A stretch of 64,000 nt of DNA from Eledone cirrhosa (Eukaryota). Shown here one piece after another: positions 1 through 12,227 of this stretch. Below the pieces are notes generated by a model. It made no database searches, had not been told where the DNA came from, and was given only the letters and a program-made list of their open reading frames with translations. A program made the position numbers and the translations under genes. Within the stretch, counting starts at the first letter, position 1. Each line of letters starts with the position of its first letter. The DNA lies in assembly GCA_964016885.1 (NCBI GenBank), contig OZ024751.1, positions 62,001-126,000 on the forward strand, in the 5' to 3' direction.

Positions 1-205
1 AAAGATATAGGGTGTGTGTTATAGAGGATATAGAACTGGTGATAGAAAGATATGGGGTGTGTGTTATAGAGGATATAGAACTGGTGATAGAAAGATATAG
101 TGCGTGTATTACAGATGATATAGAGCTGGGGATAGAAAGATATAAGATATGTGTTACAGAAGATACAGAATTGGTAATAGGAAGATATAGGACATGGGTT
201 ATAGA
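1..205. repeat. 45-bp tandem minisatellite (~4.5 copies, decaying rightwards, may extend left of window)
   Basis: Unit AAAGATATAGGGTGTGTGTTATAGAGGATATAGAACTGGTGATAG recurs at 1, 46, 91, 136, 181; explains the 15-aa periodic ORF 12-260. Confidence 0.9.
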
Positions 206-489
206 TTATCCATCCATGGGCCCTGAACTCTTGATTGATAGAATCATGAATACATCATGAGACTTGAATACATCATGAGACCATTTTAAACCTGGTAGAG
301 CCCATCCTGAACACAGCCAATTTCTTCCAGGGAGAGTGAGAGAGAGAAGTGAGAAAAAGATACAGAGCTAATTTCTTTTAGAGAGAGTGAGAGAGAGAGA
401 AGTGAGAAAGAAATAATGAGCTAATTTCTTAGAGAGAGCGAGAGAGAGTCGATGTCAAGACTGATACTTTATTTATTTACTTTGAAAAA

Positions 490-1330
490 GAATGAACCAC
501 ACCCCAAATATCTTAGTGTAACATTGGATGGTAGCCTGACCTACCGAGAGCATCTAAAGAGGGCTGCCGGAAAGCTCAAGACCAAGATTAATATCATTCA
601 CAAGTTGGCAGGAAACAGCTGGGGGTCTGATGCACACACACTTTGTATTGCATGCTTAGCTTAGCTCTTACATACTCAGTTGCAGAGTACTGTTCACTGG
701 TCTGGCCAGGGAGCTGTCATGCCAAGAAAGTTGACACCATCCTCAACTCGGCAATGTAAACAGTATCTGGCACATTGAAATCTACACCTATTCAGTGGTT
801 ACCTACTCTTTCTCATACAGCTCCTTCACACATGCAGCATCAGGAGATGATCCACGAGGCAGCACTTCTTACCAAGTCCAAGCCTGACCTTCCCATCCAT
901 GAAAACTTGGAAAACCTTCCCAACATGCACTTGAAATCACACAAACTATTCTGGGAATCAATGAAGACCCTTCAGGACAACTTTGATCTGAAGGAAGAGT
1001 GGCAAAGATCATGAAATGAGTCCAAATTTGCCAACCAACACCTCATCCAAGACCCCCCATCTAAACCAGCCAGCAAGCAATAATCTGATCCACACAACAC
1101 ATGCCAGGACAGTCCATCATCTTCACCAATGGAAAATGAAAGACAGCCCAGCATGTGACTGTGACGACCCTGACCAGACAGTGCTGCATGTTGTTTGGGT
1201 TTGCCCCTTCAGACGTTTTCCCAGTAGCCTGGAGGCAATCAATAATGTTGCAGTTTGTGCCTTGATCTGGTTTGCTGGTCTTGAACTGCCTCTCTAATTA
1301 TTGTGTATATGTCATACGACAAGAAGAAGA
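490..1330 (+). mobile_element. Degenerate 3' part of a Vingi/Ingi-type non-LTR retrotransposon
   Basis: Broken ORFs give HPKYLSVTLD...HKLAGNSWGSDAHTL, LKSTPIQWLPTLSHTAP and C-terminal CDCDDPDQTVLHVVWVCP; ends CATACGAC(AAG)n as typical of this clade; stops and frameshifts present. Confidence 0.75.
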
Positions 1331-1943
1331 CGAATTGGCCTTGGCAAGATTTGAACTCAGAGAGATGGAATGAATACTACAAAGCATTCTATCCAACATC
1401 CTAATGACTGTCAATTCACTGCCTCACCTGCAGCTTTACAGGAGGAAAGAAGAAGAAAGGAACCAATCATCAGATCAGACCAAGTGTACAATGTTTTCTT
1501 TGATCTTTTCATTGCTGATACTATCTGTCAGTCAAAACTTCTGACAGAAAAAAGGGGCTGATCATCAGATAAGACCAATGCAGTTATGTTTCCTTTGATC
1601 ATTCCATTGCTGGTACTTCTTTGTTAGATACAATTTCTGGCAGAAGAAGGGAGCCAGTTGTTAGATCAAACCAAAGAAACAATGTTTCCATTAGTCTTTC
1701 CATTGCTGATACTATCTGCCAGTTGTACCTCCAGGCAGAACGAGGTGGGGTTTGAACTAAGAACATGTATAGCAAAATCAGACAATACAACAAAGCATCC
1801 CATCCAACTCTTAAACAGCTCTGCCAAACCATCGTCCCCTAGATTGGTACTTTATTTATAAACCCCAAAAGTAGGAAAGGTAAAATTGATCTCAACGGGA
1901 TTTGAACTCAAGTATTTAATCCGCTGCTCTAATGCCAACTGTG

Positions 1944-2212
1944 AAGGGGCCTGACCAATTGGTGAGAGTATTGAACTTATGATCATAATGTTGTGGATTC
2001 AATTGCTAGACCATGTTGTGTGTTATGTTCCTCAGCAAAATATTTCATTTCATATTGCTCCAGTATAGCCAGCTGGAAATGGATGGAAATGAGTACCACA
2101 GTGGCTAGGGGGTTGACCCTGCAATGAACTGATGTCCTGTCCAGAGGGTAGCCTTGTATTCTCAGTTGCTTAACACCAAGAAAACCAAGACAGGCACAGG
2201 CCTAATGAGCTT
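1944..2212 (+). mobile_element. Old tRNA-derived SINE (family A head)
   Basis: Diverged match to the SINE at 53321-53660: GGATTCAATT B-box-like motif, TTCCTCAGCAAAATATTTCATTTCATATTGCTCCAGT core. Confidence 0.6.
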
Positions 2213-2222
2213 CATGGTTTAA

Positions 2223-2366
2223 CCCTTTAGCTTTTACATTATATATACTATTATTTATTTTGAAAACAATACCTTCACATCAGTATGAACAACCAGTTAC
2301 AACTGGTTTGAACAGAAAGAGGTGAGGGAATTCTGGCCGGATATGGCTGGTTTAAATGCTAAAGGG
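2223..2366. mobile_element. piggyBac-type MITE
   Basis: TTAA at 2219-2222 and 2367-2370 flanking terminal inverted repeats CCCTTTAGC...GCTAAAGGG. Confidence 0.8.
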
Positions 2367-2463
2367 TTAAGACAGATTTTAGTCGAGATTTTTTGCCAAT
2401 TCACTACCTGAATGAAGTTTATATAAAAAGAAAAAGATGTTTTCATTGCAAACAAAATAAATA

Positions 2464-2535
<72 letters not shown>

Positions 2536-2774
2536 ATATAAAGAAGACAAACAGAACATCTTTTGCACTAATTCAACTTCATGGTTTGTGGCTAACCCCT
2601 CAACCTGGTCTAATTTAATTATTACGTAGTCTGATTATTACTTAGACTATTATTAGCACAGACCACAGATATCCAATTACATATATATACACTTCAACTA
2701 GAATTCTTCAGCTACATCTAACAAAAGTTGCAATTCAAGAAGGCCAAATGCTAACTTTATATACATACACTCTA

Positions 2775-3230
2775 TCAGCACCAGCACCACCACCACCACC
2801 ACTGATACCATCACTGACACCACCAGCACCACCACTATCTACACAATCAACACCACCACCACCACTATCAACACAATCAACACCAACACCATCAGCAGCA
2901 CCATCACTGATACCACCATCAACACCATCACCACTGACACCATCACCACAACCATCCCACCACCTACACAACCAACACTATCAACAACAACACCCCCACC
3001 CCCACCACCATCAACATCACCTACACAACCAACACCAACATTACTACCGATACCATCCCCACAACCACCCCCACCACCTACACAACCAACACCACCACCT
3101 ACACAAGCAACACCACCACCATCACCACCTACACCTACACCACAACCACACCAACCACGACCAACACTATCACTGATACAACCACCGCCAGCAACAACAC
3201 CAACACTACACCACAACCAACACCACCACC
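2775..3230. repeat. Imperfect (CAC/CAA)n low-complexity repeat
   Basis: Directly visible; produces spurious Pro/His and Gly/Val ORFs. Confidence 0.9.
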
Positions 3231-3256
3231 TCTCTCTCTTATAATATATATCTAGT

Positions 3257-4942
3257 ACTAGCCGAATTATCCGCGCCTTGCTGCGTTTCACACATTTTTT
3301 TTGTGAGAAAATGATGATTGATTTCAAAACAGTGATATAATTTATGGAGAAAAAATAAAGAGAAAATGTTAAAAAAGTAGAAGCATTAACTCATAATTTT
3401 TGTTGTCATAATTCTAGTGATGTTTTGCCACAGATAAAATGTCTAAATTAGCTAAATTTTACTATAAAACCTTTTTTGTTGATTTACATTTTGTTGATTT
3501 ACCTTTTTTGTTGATTTACATTAATTAATAGAAAAACCTCGTGATAATAGAGGTTCCAATACTCAAGTTGTGGGCTTCCAAAATTTTCACTATAGGAGGT
3601 TTAACCCCCATTAGGGTGTCTTAATATTATTGAAATTTGCTGAAATTTTGTGAATATCTTGTCATTTACCTATGGTTTAAATTTCATATAAATCGAAGGG
3701 AAAAAATTTTCAGCGGGGGTTTGTGCCCCCGGGGAACCTTTTGATTAAAATGAAATACGGTACTCTGCTATTTTACTATAAAAGAGAGGTGTTTGTTTTG
3801 TTGATTTACGTTTAATTAATAGAAAAACCCTGTGCTAATAAAGGTTCCAATACTCAAGTTATGGGCTTCCTCATTAGGGTGTCTTAATACTATTGAAATT
3901 TGCTGGAATTTTGTGAATAGGCGTCATATCTTGTCATTTACCTATGGTTTAAATTTCATATAAATCGAAGCGAAAAAATTTTCAGCGGGTACAAGCGGGG
4001 GTTTGTGCCCCTGGGAAACCTTTTGATTAAAATGAAATATACTTATCCAAGTACCCTGGGCAATGTAGTTTCAGAATATATATGGTTATGGGGGTCTATC
4101 TCCAAAACCATAGGAGTTCGTAAACAAACAAACAAACAGACAAGAACTACAACTTCTATATGTATAAAGTTGTATTCCTGTGATTGTTTGTTCACGAACT
4201 ACTACTATGGTTTTGAAGATAGACCTCCCAACCATATATATTCTGAAACTACATTGCCCAGGGTACTTGGATAAGTATATTTCATTTTAATCAAAGGGTT
4301 CTCCGGGGGCACAAAACCCCGCTGAAAATTCTTTCCTTTCAATTTATATGAAATTTAAACCATAGGTGAATGACAAGATATTCACAAAATTTCAGCAAAT
4401 TTCAATAATATTAAGACACCCTAATGGGGGTTAAACCCCCTATAGTGAAAAGTTTGGCCAATAAATGGAACAAGATTTCACAAACTCCTGCTATGGTTTT
4501 GGAGATAGACCCCCCCCCATAACCATATATATTCTGAAACTACATTGCCCAGGGTACTTGGATAAGTATATTTCATTTTAATCAAAGGGTTCCCTGGGGG
4601 CACAAAACCCCTGCTGAAAATTTTTTCCCTTCGATTTATATGAAATTTAAACCATAGGTAAATGACAAGATATGATGCCTATTCACAAAAGTTTTGAATT
4701 GATATTTTGAAAAAAATTATTTACAAGAAACAAAACAAGAATAAGATTTAATAATGTAATTTTGATTTGATATATTACAAAAAATAATGTTTTCCAATTT
4801 TTCATGCATTACATTTTACATTGAGTAATATTGAAATGCAGAGTTTTTCTCCATAAATTATATCACTGATTTAAAATCAATCATCATTTTCTTACAAAAA
4901 AAAATGTGTGAAACGCAGCAAGGCGCGGGTAATTCGGCTAGT
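3257..4942. mobile_element. Inverted (tail-to-tail) dimer of a Helitron/Helentron-like non-autonomous element
   Basis: ACTAGCCGAATTAYCCGCGCCTTGCTGCG at 3257 (+) and 4942 (-); ~95-bp outer arms complementary; inner arms complementary around ~4161; (CAAA)n-CAGACA 3' segment resembles DINE/HINE-type elements. Superfamily call is by recall. Confidence 0.6.
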
Positions 4943-4989
4943 TATTATATAAGATTAGACATATATAATTTCATACAGGTTATCTAATA

Positions 4990-5205
4990 ATTGTTTCTAC
5001 TCTAGGCACAAGGCCAGAAAATTGAAGGGGAGGGAAACGTCAATTAAATTAACCCCAGTGCATTACTGGTGGTTTATTTTATCAACTCTCGTAAGGATGA
5101 AAGGCAAAGCTAACCTTGGCTGGCTTTGAACTCAGATTGTAAAAGGCCATAACTATATGCTGCAAAGCATGGTGTCCGACGCTCTACTGGTACTGCCAAA
5201 CCAAT
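4990..5205 (-). mobile_element. tRNA-derived SINE (family B, octopus OK/OR-like)
   Basis: Reverse complement of the 53715-53903 SINE: GGATGAAAGGCAAAG...TTTGAACTCAGA. Confidence 0.7.
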
Positions 5206-5679
5206 AATATAGGTACAAAGCCAGCAATGTGAGGAGGGAAAGTTGATTATATCAACCCCAGTACTTTACTGGTATTTTACTGACTTGGAAGGGTATCTGG
5301 CTGTAAAATTACAAAACCCAAAACAGATCCTTATGAGCAAGAGGAGGTCATGACATGGCTAGACTCATAACAGGACACCTCATCTAACCCATGCAAGCAT
5401 GGAAAATAGACATCAAACGGTAGTGGTGGTGATGATAGTGGTGATGATGATGATGATAATGATGATGATGATGATGATGAAGACATTGATGATGATGATG
5501 ATGACCTCAGCAGGATTTGAACTGAGAAAGTAAACTGCTGTAAAGTACAGCAAAATGTTTTGTCTGAAGCTCTAGCATTTCTGCCAATCCACCTCCCACA
5601 GTTATCTTATTAGGTTTTCTAATTTACACACACATTAATACTTTCTAGATACTTCCATATTTTGTTAAGTTTCTTTATG

Positions 5680-6170
5680 GTCGCCATGTTAAAAAAAATA
5701 TGGCAACCATCTCTCTCGACGAGACTAAAACTTATGTTTTTCAAAGCCACAGTCGAAAATGTGTTACCCTATGGGTTGGAAGCATGGACGCCTAATAAAA
5801 CCCTTGAAAAAAGACTAAATGGATGTTATACGAAACTCCTGAGACAGACTTTCAGCATATCTTGGTGACAGAGAGTCACAAATGGACTATCTGGATAGTC
5901 CTCCTGTGTCAGATATTGTTCATCTAAGAAGGATATGTTTTGTGGGACATTGTTACAGGGCAAAAAACGAGTGTGTCAGCCGTGTTCTTTTATGGAAGCC
6001 TGCACACGGTCATAGAAGTAGATGTCATCCTGCAACAACATATCTGGATATGCTGTGTGTTGACACAGGAGGAAATTTGACAGATCTTGGATTGATAATG
6101 TTAGATCCAGACAATGGAAAGAGTACTGTTCATTGGATCGAGGGAACTCGATTCAACTCGTGAGTGAGAG
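5680..6170 (+). mobile_element. RTE-clade LINE 3' fragment (family C), degenerate
   Basis: LKKIW...FKATVENVLPYGLEAW...CYTKLLR...FVGHCYR...LLWKPAHGHRSR...TYLDML: RTE C-terminal signature with stops. Confidence 0.75.
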
Positions 6171-6194
6171 AGATCCTTCTAACCCATAACTATA

Positions 6195-6830
6195 TAGATG
6201 TGTTGTTTGTAGTAGATCACCATCGGTTCAAATGACAAGTGCTTTCGTTGTTTGAGCATTGGAACAACTTGCTTGTGAAATTAACAATATAAGTGGCTAA
6301 GCATTCCACAGACATGTGCACCATTAGCATAGTTCTCAGAGAGATTCAGCATGACACAAAATGTAACAAGACAGGACCTTTGAATTGCAGGTAGAGTCCA
6401 TTTGACGGGCTTGCAAACAGTTTCTGCATACCTATATTTCCTTCATAAGGCATAGATTAACCCGAAGCTATGGTAAATGACAACTGTGCAAGGTGACACA
6501 CACTGAGATAGAACCCAGAACAGTGACGTAACTAGAGTGTGTGCCGCCCGGGCAGCCTTTCAGTTTTCTGCGGCTGGGCCCCCACAAAAAATACTTATTG
6601 TTCAGTGACTCACTCTTAAAGTTATATCTATATATTAACTAGTCTGTGTACAATTGTAATATTATGCTGCAGCATTAAAAGAATGCTTTTAGCCTACAGC
6701 AGACCCAAAAGTGCCACCCCCATAAAAGTATCACCTGGGGCAGACCCCCCCCCCCTGCTTCGGCCTTTCTAGCTACGCTACTGACCCAGAACCAAATGAT
6801 TGTGAAGTAAGTAAAACTTTTAATTTGGCC
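6195..6830 (-). mobile_element. SINE-like interspersed repeat interrupted by a hAT MITE
   Basis: GAGATTCAGCATGACACA...CCTTTGAATTGCAGGTA motif; the B-box-like segment GATAGAACCCAGAACC is split by the MITE. Confidence 0.55.
6521..6783. mobile_element. hAT-type MITE with 8-bp TSD
   Basis: TIR CAGTGACGTAACTAG / CTAGCTACGCTACTG; perfect TSD ACCCAGAA at 6513-6520 and 6784-6791. Confidence 0.85.
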
Positions 6831-7210
6831 ATACTGCAATTCTCAGGGAGATTCAGGGTAACAGGATGTGTGCCAGGGCCATACTACATAATTCTCAGGG
6901 AAATTCAGGGTGTGTGTCAGGGCCATACTGTATCTATTTAATGGCTGAGTATTCCACAGACATGTGTACTGTTAATATAGTTTTCAGAGAGATTCAGGGT
7001 AACTAGGTGTGTGTGAGGGCCATACTGTACCTACTTTCTGTCAGAACATTCCACAGACTTAATATAACTCTCAAGGAGATTCAGGGTAACTAGATGTGTG
7101 TCAGAGCCGTACTGTATCTGGCTGAGTATTCCACTGACATGTGTACTGTTAATATAGTTCTCAGGGAGATTCAGGGTAACAGGGTGTGTGTCAGGACAAT
7201 GTTGTATCCA
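6828..7210. repeat. Irregular minisatellite derived from a SINE segment
   Basis: TTCTCAGGGAGATTCAGGGTAAC...TGTGTGTCAGGGCCATACTG recurs about five times; shares motifs with 6300-6350. Confidence 0.75.
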
Positions 7211-7516
7211 CTTACTAATGGTACATAGAACTAGATAGGTAAAGTACATTATATACACCTACCCCTACACAGACACACACCTTCCACATATATCTTATTT
7301 GAAGTGCCGTAACGATAAAATTACATGAGAAAAGGAGACAGCAGAATAGACAACAAATGCTTCAGATATCCACACATAAAACGTTATTTCATCTAGTCTT
7401 AATACCTTTATCATCTCTCTCTCTCTGCTCCACTTGAGTTTTGACTCGGGCTATGAAGGCCTGTCCAACAGCGCTAGCAGGACAACAGACATTAAATGAG
7501 GCTGATGATTATATAT

Positions 7517-7676
7517 ATTAAGTATTCCCATAGAAAAGGTAAATGAAAAAAGAGTGCTCTATGTATTGTTCAGAGCTATTTAATTACATACTAAACAAAA
7601 CAATATAATTATTTCATTACCGAAGGTTTCAAGAAATGAAATAATTATATTGTATTGTTTATTATGTAATTAAATA
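7517..7676 (-). mobile_element. Short fold-back element (AGAGCACTCTTTTT family, PLE 3'-end-like)
   Basis: Hairpin 7577-7676; shares AGAGCTATTTAATTACATA / AGAGTGCTCT with 11582-11692 and 15484-15843. Confidence 0.6.
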
Positions 7677-7766
7677 ATATATATATATATTGCCGGAAAA
7701 CCCTCCTTCCACAACGGAGTAGCCTGGACTAAGAAGTCAACTACCTCAAACCTATTCGACATCTCA

Positions 7767-8939
7767 ATGGGATCATTTGATTGTGCTGATGTATGCAACT
7801 TGGTTGGCTTATTTATTTTAGATATATTACGTGTTAGATTCCCGGACTTCCACACGAGAATAAACCGCGACGATGGTCTGACCCTATCGAGCCATAAAAG
7901 TGGTCATGACCTGGACCGGTTTAAAAAAGATTTAATTACTACTTTTAATGAGTTAGGACTTAGGATAACAGTAGCTACCAACCTCTCTAGCGTAGATTAC
8001 TTAGACATAAATTTAGATCTTCACACACACACCTTTAGACCCTTCCATAAGCTAAATGAAAAACTTAATTACATACACAAGGACTCATGCCACCCTCCTA
8101 CAGTTTTTAAAAACTTTGTGAATAATATCGGTACTAGAATCTCTAACCTCTCCTCTAATAAAGCAATCTTTGACAGAGCGGGACCCTACTACAACACAGC
8201 ATTAGATAACAGCAGCTTCTCGCAACCAATTACTTACTCCCCTGCTAACACCAACAGCAATAGGAAAAGAAATCTTGCTAATAGAAAAACAATCTGGTTC
8301 TCTTCCCACTTCTCACTCAACGTTAAAACTAATGTAGGAAAAAGTTTTTTAGCTCTCTTAGATAGACACTTTCTCATAGGTCACAAATACCATTCCATCT
8401 TTAACAGACACAGGTTGAAATTAGGATACTCCTGTGCTAAGAATATGAAGGCCCACATCACCAACATCCCTAAGAGCAGGACCCCACCAGGATGCTCTTG
8501 CCGAAAGCCTGAAGCTTTCTCCCTTCAACAACAATGCAACGCACCTGCTGTAATTTATGAAGCTGTGGTCACTTCTAACCAACCAAATCAACAACAAGAG
8601 GTTAAATCCTATGTAGGTATGGCAGAGGGCTTGTTTAAGGAATGCTTCCTGAACCATCAGTCGACCTTTAGACACCCAGACAAATGATTGTCCACAAAAC
8701 TTGCGAGTCATGTATGGTCCCTCAAGGACTCGGGCATAGACTACTCCATCCAATGGAAAGCCATTACTAAGTCCAAGCCATGCGCAAGAGTAAATCCATC
8801 TTGTGGACTGTATATTGAAGAAAGGATCAATATCCTGAGAAGATTACGTAATAACGATTGCCTAAATTCAAGGAATGAACATTTTTCATGTCCACAAGTC
8901 TGGAAATACCTATTACATAATTACAAAGCTCCAGATTGA
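7767..8939 (+). pseudogene. PLE RT + GIY-YIG endonuclease pseudo-ORF (in-frame TGA at 8685-8687)
   Basis: ORFs 7767-8687 and 8688-8939 are in the same frame; several conserved residues are mutated. Confidence 0.8.
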
Positions 8940-9112
8940 CTAACATCAACAATCTATAATATTCTGAATAACTTGAATAATTTATTCCGGACACCCACAG
9001 TTATCTCCCTTACATCCATCGACCGTGGGTTTACCTTGCCCAGGAGAAGTGACTGTTTCTGCGCATGCATATTCGTACGGTTGTTTTTCCTTTTCCGTAC
9101 AACTTCATCCAG

Positions 9113-9155
9113 ACTGAGCTGAGGATCCGCATAAGGTGAAACACGTGTTCTCAGT
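9113..9155 (+). ncRNA. Minimal type I hammerhead ribozyme in PLE 3' region
   Basis: ACTGAG-CTGAGGA-TCC GCATAA GGT-GAAA-CACGTG-TT-CTCAGT: 6-bp stem I, palindromic stem III. Confidence 0.75.
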
Positions 9156-9198
9156 ATGGTGAACTAACTGTTGTGGAACTACTTCTATATATATATGT

Positions 9199-9699
9199 CT
9201 TTGAAGACATCCTTTGTATATATATATATATATATACAAATTAAAATGAAAAATTAGAAATAAGACTATCCATCATCAGTGATATACTAGCCATCATAGG
9301 TATTTCTTTGCGTTAAAGACCAGATACCCCAGGCTGGCGCGAACAATAACTAAAATAAGTTATTGGGATAAAAAGAATTGGGATATGTCTCTCGTCTTCT
9401 TGTCAATATTCGCAAGTTCTTATGTTCAAATGAATCATTGACTTGATTTTCTCATTTTTTCCTCTCTTTATGTTGCCTCCCCATTCGTGTTTATTTACCT
9501 GTCTCTCTTTCTCCACCCAATTCTTTTTATCCCAATAACTTATTTTAGTTATTGTTCACACTAGCCTGGGGCATCTGGTCTTTAATGCGAAGAAATACCT
9601 ATGATGGCTAGTAGACCACTGATGATGGATAGTCTTATTTCTAATTCTTCATTTTAATTTGTATATCACATTTGCAACAACACAACATGCCACTTTTCA

Positions 9700-9761
<62 letters not shown>

Positions 9762-9786
9762 TATATACAAAGGATGTCTTCAAAGA
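9199..9786. repeat. Long imperfect inverted repeat between (TA)n runs
   Basis: 9234-9382 is complementary to 9516-9665; 9199-9220 is complementary to 9764-9786. Confidence 0.9.
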
Positions 9787-9814
9787 GTGTATACATTTTG
9801 GGGGACACCCTGTA
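9766..9814. mobile_element. Tiny Tc1/mariner-type MITE
   Basis: Ends ...TGTATACATTTTGGGGGACACCCTGTA (TACAGGGTG TIR, TA target); relatives at 46939-47012 and 51529-51632. Confidence 0.6.
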
Positions 9815-9924
9815 TATATATAACTCCTGGTGAACCGAGGATTGTACTGTGCATAGAGCTTCTCCCACCTTAGCAAAAATAACAGTGAAGTACTTCACTA
9901 TAATCACCTATATTATATATATAT

Positions 9925-11179
9925 ATCATCATCATCACCGTTTCACGTCCATTCTTCCACGCTAGCATGGGTTAGACGGGTTGTCTTGTTGTGGGCGATG
10001 ATAGGTCGGATGACCTTGTCTTGCTCATACGGGAACTGATTTTGGCTTGATTTCTACAGCTGGATGCCCTTCCTAACACCAACCTCATTTACAGTGAGTG
10101 CTGGGTGCTTTTTATCCATGGCGTCTACATGTCCAATTTACAGTGTGGTCTGGGTGCTTTTTTGACATGACACCTCCACAACCACTTTGCAGTGGGACGG
10201 GATGAGGGCATATTGTCTATATGCTTCGACTTCGGCTTGTTCCCGTGGGAAGTTGGGTCTTCTGTATTACTGTGTGAACGCCAGAGGTCACGGTCGTGTC
10301 ATCGCTGTTGAGAGGTGCAATTTGGTAAGGTCCGCTTTTATCACCTCGTCCCAGGTCTTCTACGGTCTCCCCACTCCATAGCGTCCATCAACTTTTAGTG
10401 CTCTGCATCTTTTTATGCAGCTATCATCGTCATACGTATCACATGTCCATACCAACGCAACCACCTCTCCTGCACATTGCATTTGATTCCTCTTATGCTC
10501 AGTCTCTCTCTCAGTTCGTTTATGCTTTGCCATTTGTGTATATTACTATTACACATCCATCAGAGCATGCAAGCTTTGTTGCTCTCTAATCTATGCAAGT
10601 CTTCTACAGACAGTGCCCAGGTCTCACTACCATGTAACATTGTTGTTCATATACACGCATCATACAGTCTGCCTTTCATTTTGAGGGAAAAGCCTTTTGC
10701 AGCTAGCAGTGGCAGTAGCTCCCTGAACTTATTCCATCCCGTTCTTACCCTGGTTACTGTACTTTCCGAACAGCCACCTCTGCGGCTAATTTGGTCACCT
10801 AGGTAGCAGAAGCTGTCTACTGTTTCTACAGAGCCCATCCCAGAGTTTAGTAGTGCTTGTTTCCTGTGGCTGTTTGCTGCTTGCTGTCCCAGTGCAGCTG
10901 CTACATGTAAAGCCTACATTCTTAACTAAGCTTTCTAAGATCCCACTACATCTCTTGTGTACCCATAGTTTGTATTTGGGGCAGAAGATGGAATTACTAC
11001 CTACACCTTTCCTACATACTGAGCAAGGCTATTTCCCTGAGGGGATCTGGGTTCTGTTTTCTCTTCTACTTATGAGGACCTTAGTCTTTGACAGGTTGAC
11101 TTTGAGACCCCTTCTTTCTAGTCCCTGCTTCCATGTTTGGAATTTCTTCTTTAGTTCCTCCATAGATTCAGCTATAAGT
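9925..11179 (-). mobile_element. RTE LINE (family B), 5'-truncated and degenerate, with (GAT)n tail
   Basis: DSFCYLGDQIS...VRTGWNKFRELLPLL...KGRLYDACI; PHD segment present; (CAT)n at 9925 on the + strand. Confidence 0.9.
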
Positions 11180-11581
11180 GTATATATATATTATATTATA
11201 TTATTTTCGGGGGATACGGAATTAGTTTTTCTGTGACATCGAAACTTTTTTTTCTGTCTATAGTTATTTTGCCCGGTTTTCTAAGCTATAGTTATAGCGA
11301 TGGACTGTTGTTACAAATAGTTTCTCCGTTTGGGATATGCACACACACACATATGTATATATTACTCAGTTGATGATAGTCGGTTGATAAAAAATCTGCC
11401 AACTTTTTCGTAAGCACGTGAAGCACGGTACAATTTGAATTAGATAATAAAATGAAGATGTAAGAATAAAACCATCTCTCTTATTTATTATACTAAAACT
11501 CCGGGTGATACCTTACAGTGTAAATCCTAAGGAATACAAGCCATACACGGACGTTAAACGTTGATGATGATGATGATGATA

Positions 11582-11692
11582 TATTACATAATAAACAACA
11601 CAATATAATTGTTATTTATTATGTAATTAAATAGCTCTGTACAATACATAGAGCACTCTTTTTCCTTTGCCTTTTCTCCGGAAATACTTAAC
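11582..11692 (+). mobile_element. Short fold-back element (AGAGCACTCTTTTT family)
   Basis: ATTACATAATAAA...TTTATTATGTAAT hairpin followed by AGCTCTGTACAATACATAGAGCACTCTTTTT. Confidence 0.6.
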
Positions 11693-12227
11693 ACACACAC
11701 ATATATGAGAAAGGGAAAGAGAAAAATGTAATTATCGAGCAACCAGGTGTATATGCGTGTATATATATATATATATATATATACTGTATTAATACTCCAG
11801 GTTTTCGTCTAATATCGCCCCTTCCATATAATAAATAACTATCTTGCTATTTTTAGACTGTTTAAAAACAGCAAAAGGTAAACGATGGTAGCTTAAAGTA
11901 TCAAGCAGTCAAACAACTTTTTTTTTAACCTTCTTTTCTTTGTAACTCTTAAGTAATCAACACACAGCCAACTCCTGTAAGAATTACCCAGGCAGGGTTT
12001 AAAGTCCATTTTACTAAAATAAATAAATCGTAGTAGTGATGATGATGATGATGATGATGGTGGAGACGGCGAATTAGGGTTAAATGTGTCGGTGCTCCAG
12101 CATGGCCAGAGCCCATGGATTTAGAACAGGTAAAAGAATAAAAAGCCTAAACTTTAGGTTATTTTTTAATTGTATTGCAAATATTTAGATTATTTAATAT
12201 ATTAAATATATATGTGTACCAAGGGGG

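Larger units (their letters stand above)
7691..9190 (+). mobile_element. 5'-truncated, degenerate Penelope-like element (probably Hydra-type clade)
   Basis: MGSFDCADVCNLVG, NRDDGL (RT motif C), YLDI, CSCRK..QQC, VIYEA..YVGM (GIY-YIG), LNSRNE; flanked by (TA)n; hammerhead in the 3' region. Confidence 0.85.

Noticed and set aside
12-260. 82-aa repeat protein
   Set aside because: Product of a 45-bp minisatellite with a GTG start; no splice or domain evidence.
2735-3327. Pro/His-rich or Gly/Val-rich protein genes
   Set aside because: Translations of (CAC/CAA)n low-complexity repeat.
8685-8687. In-frame TGA in the PLE endonuclease as a selenocysteine codon (as in Naiad PLEs)
   Set aside because: Not at a conserved Cys position, most simply CGA>TGA decay; the copy has other inactivating changes, C-terminal EN domain order, and no SECIS recognised.
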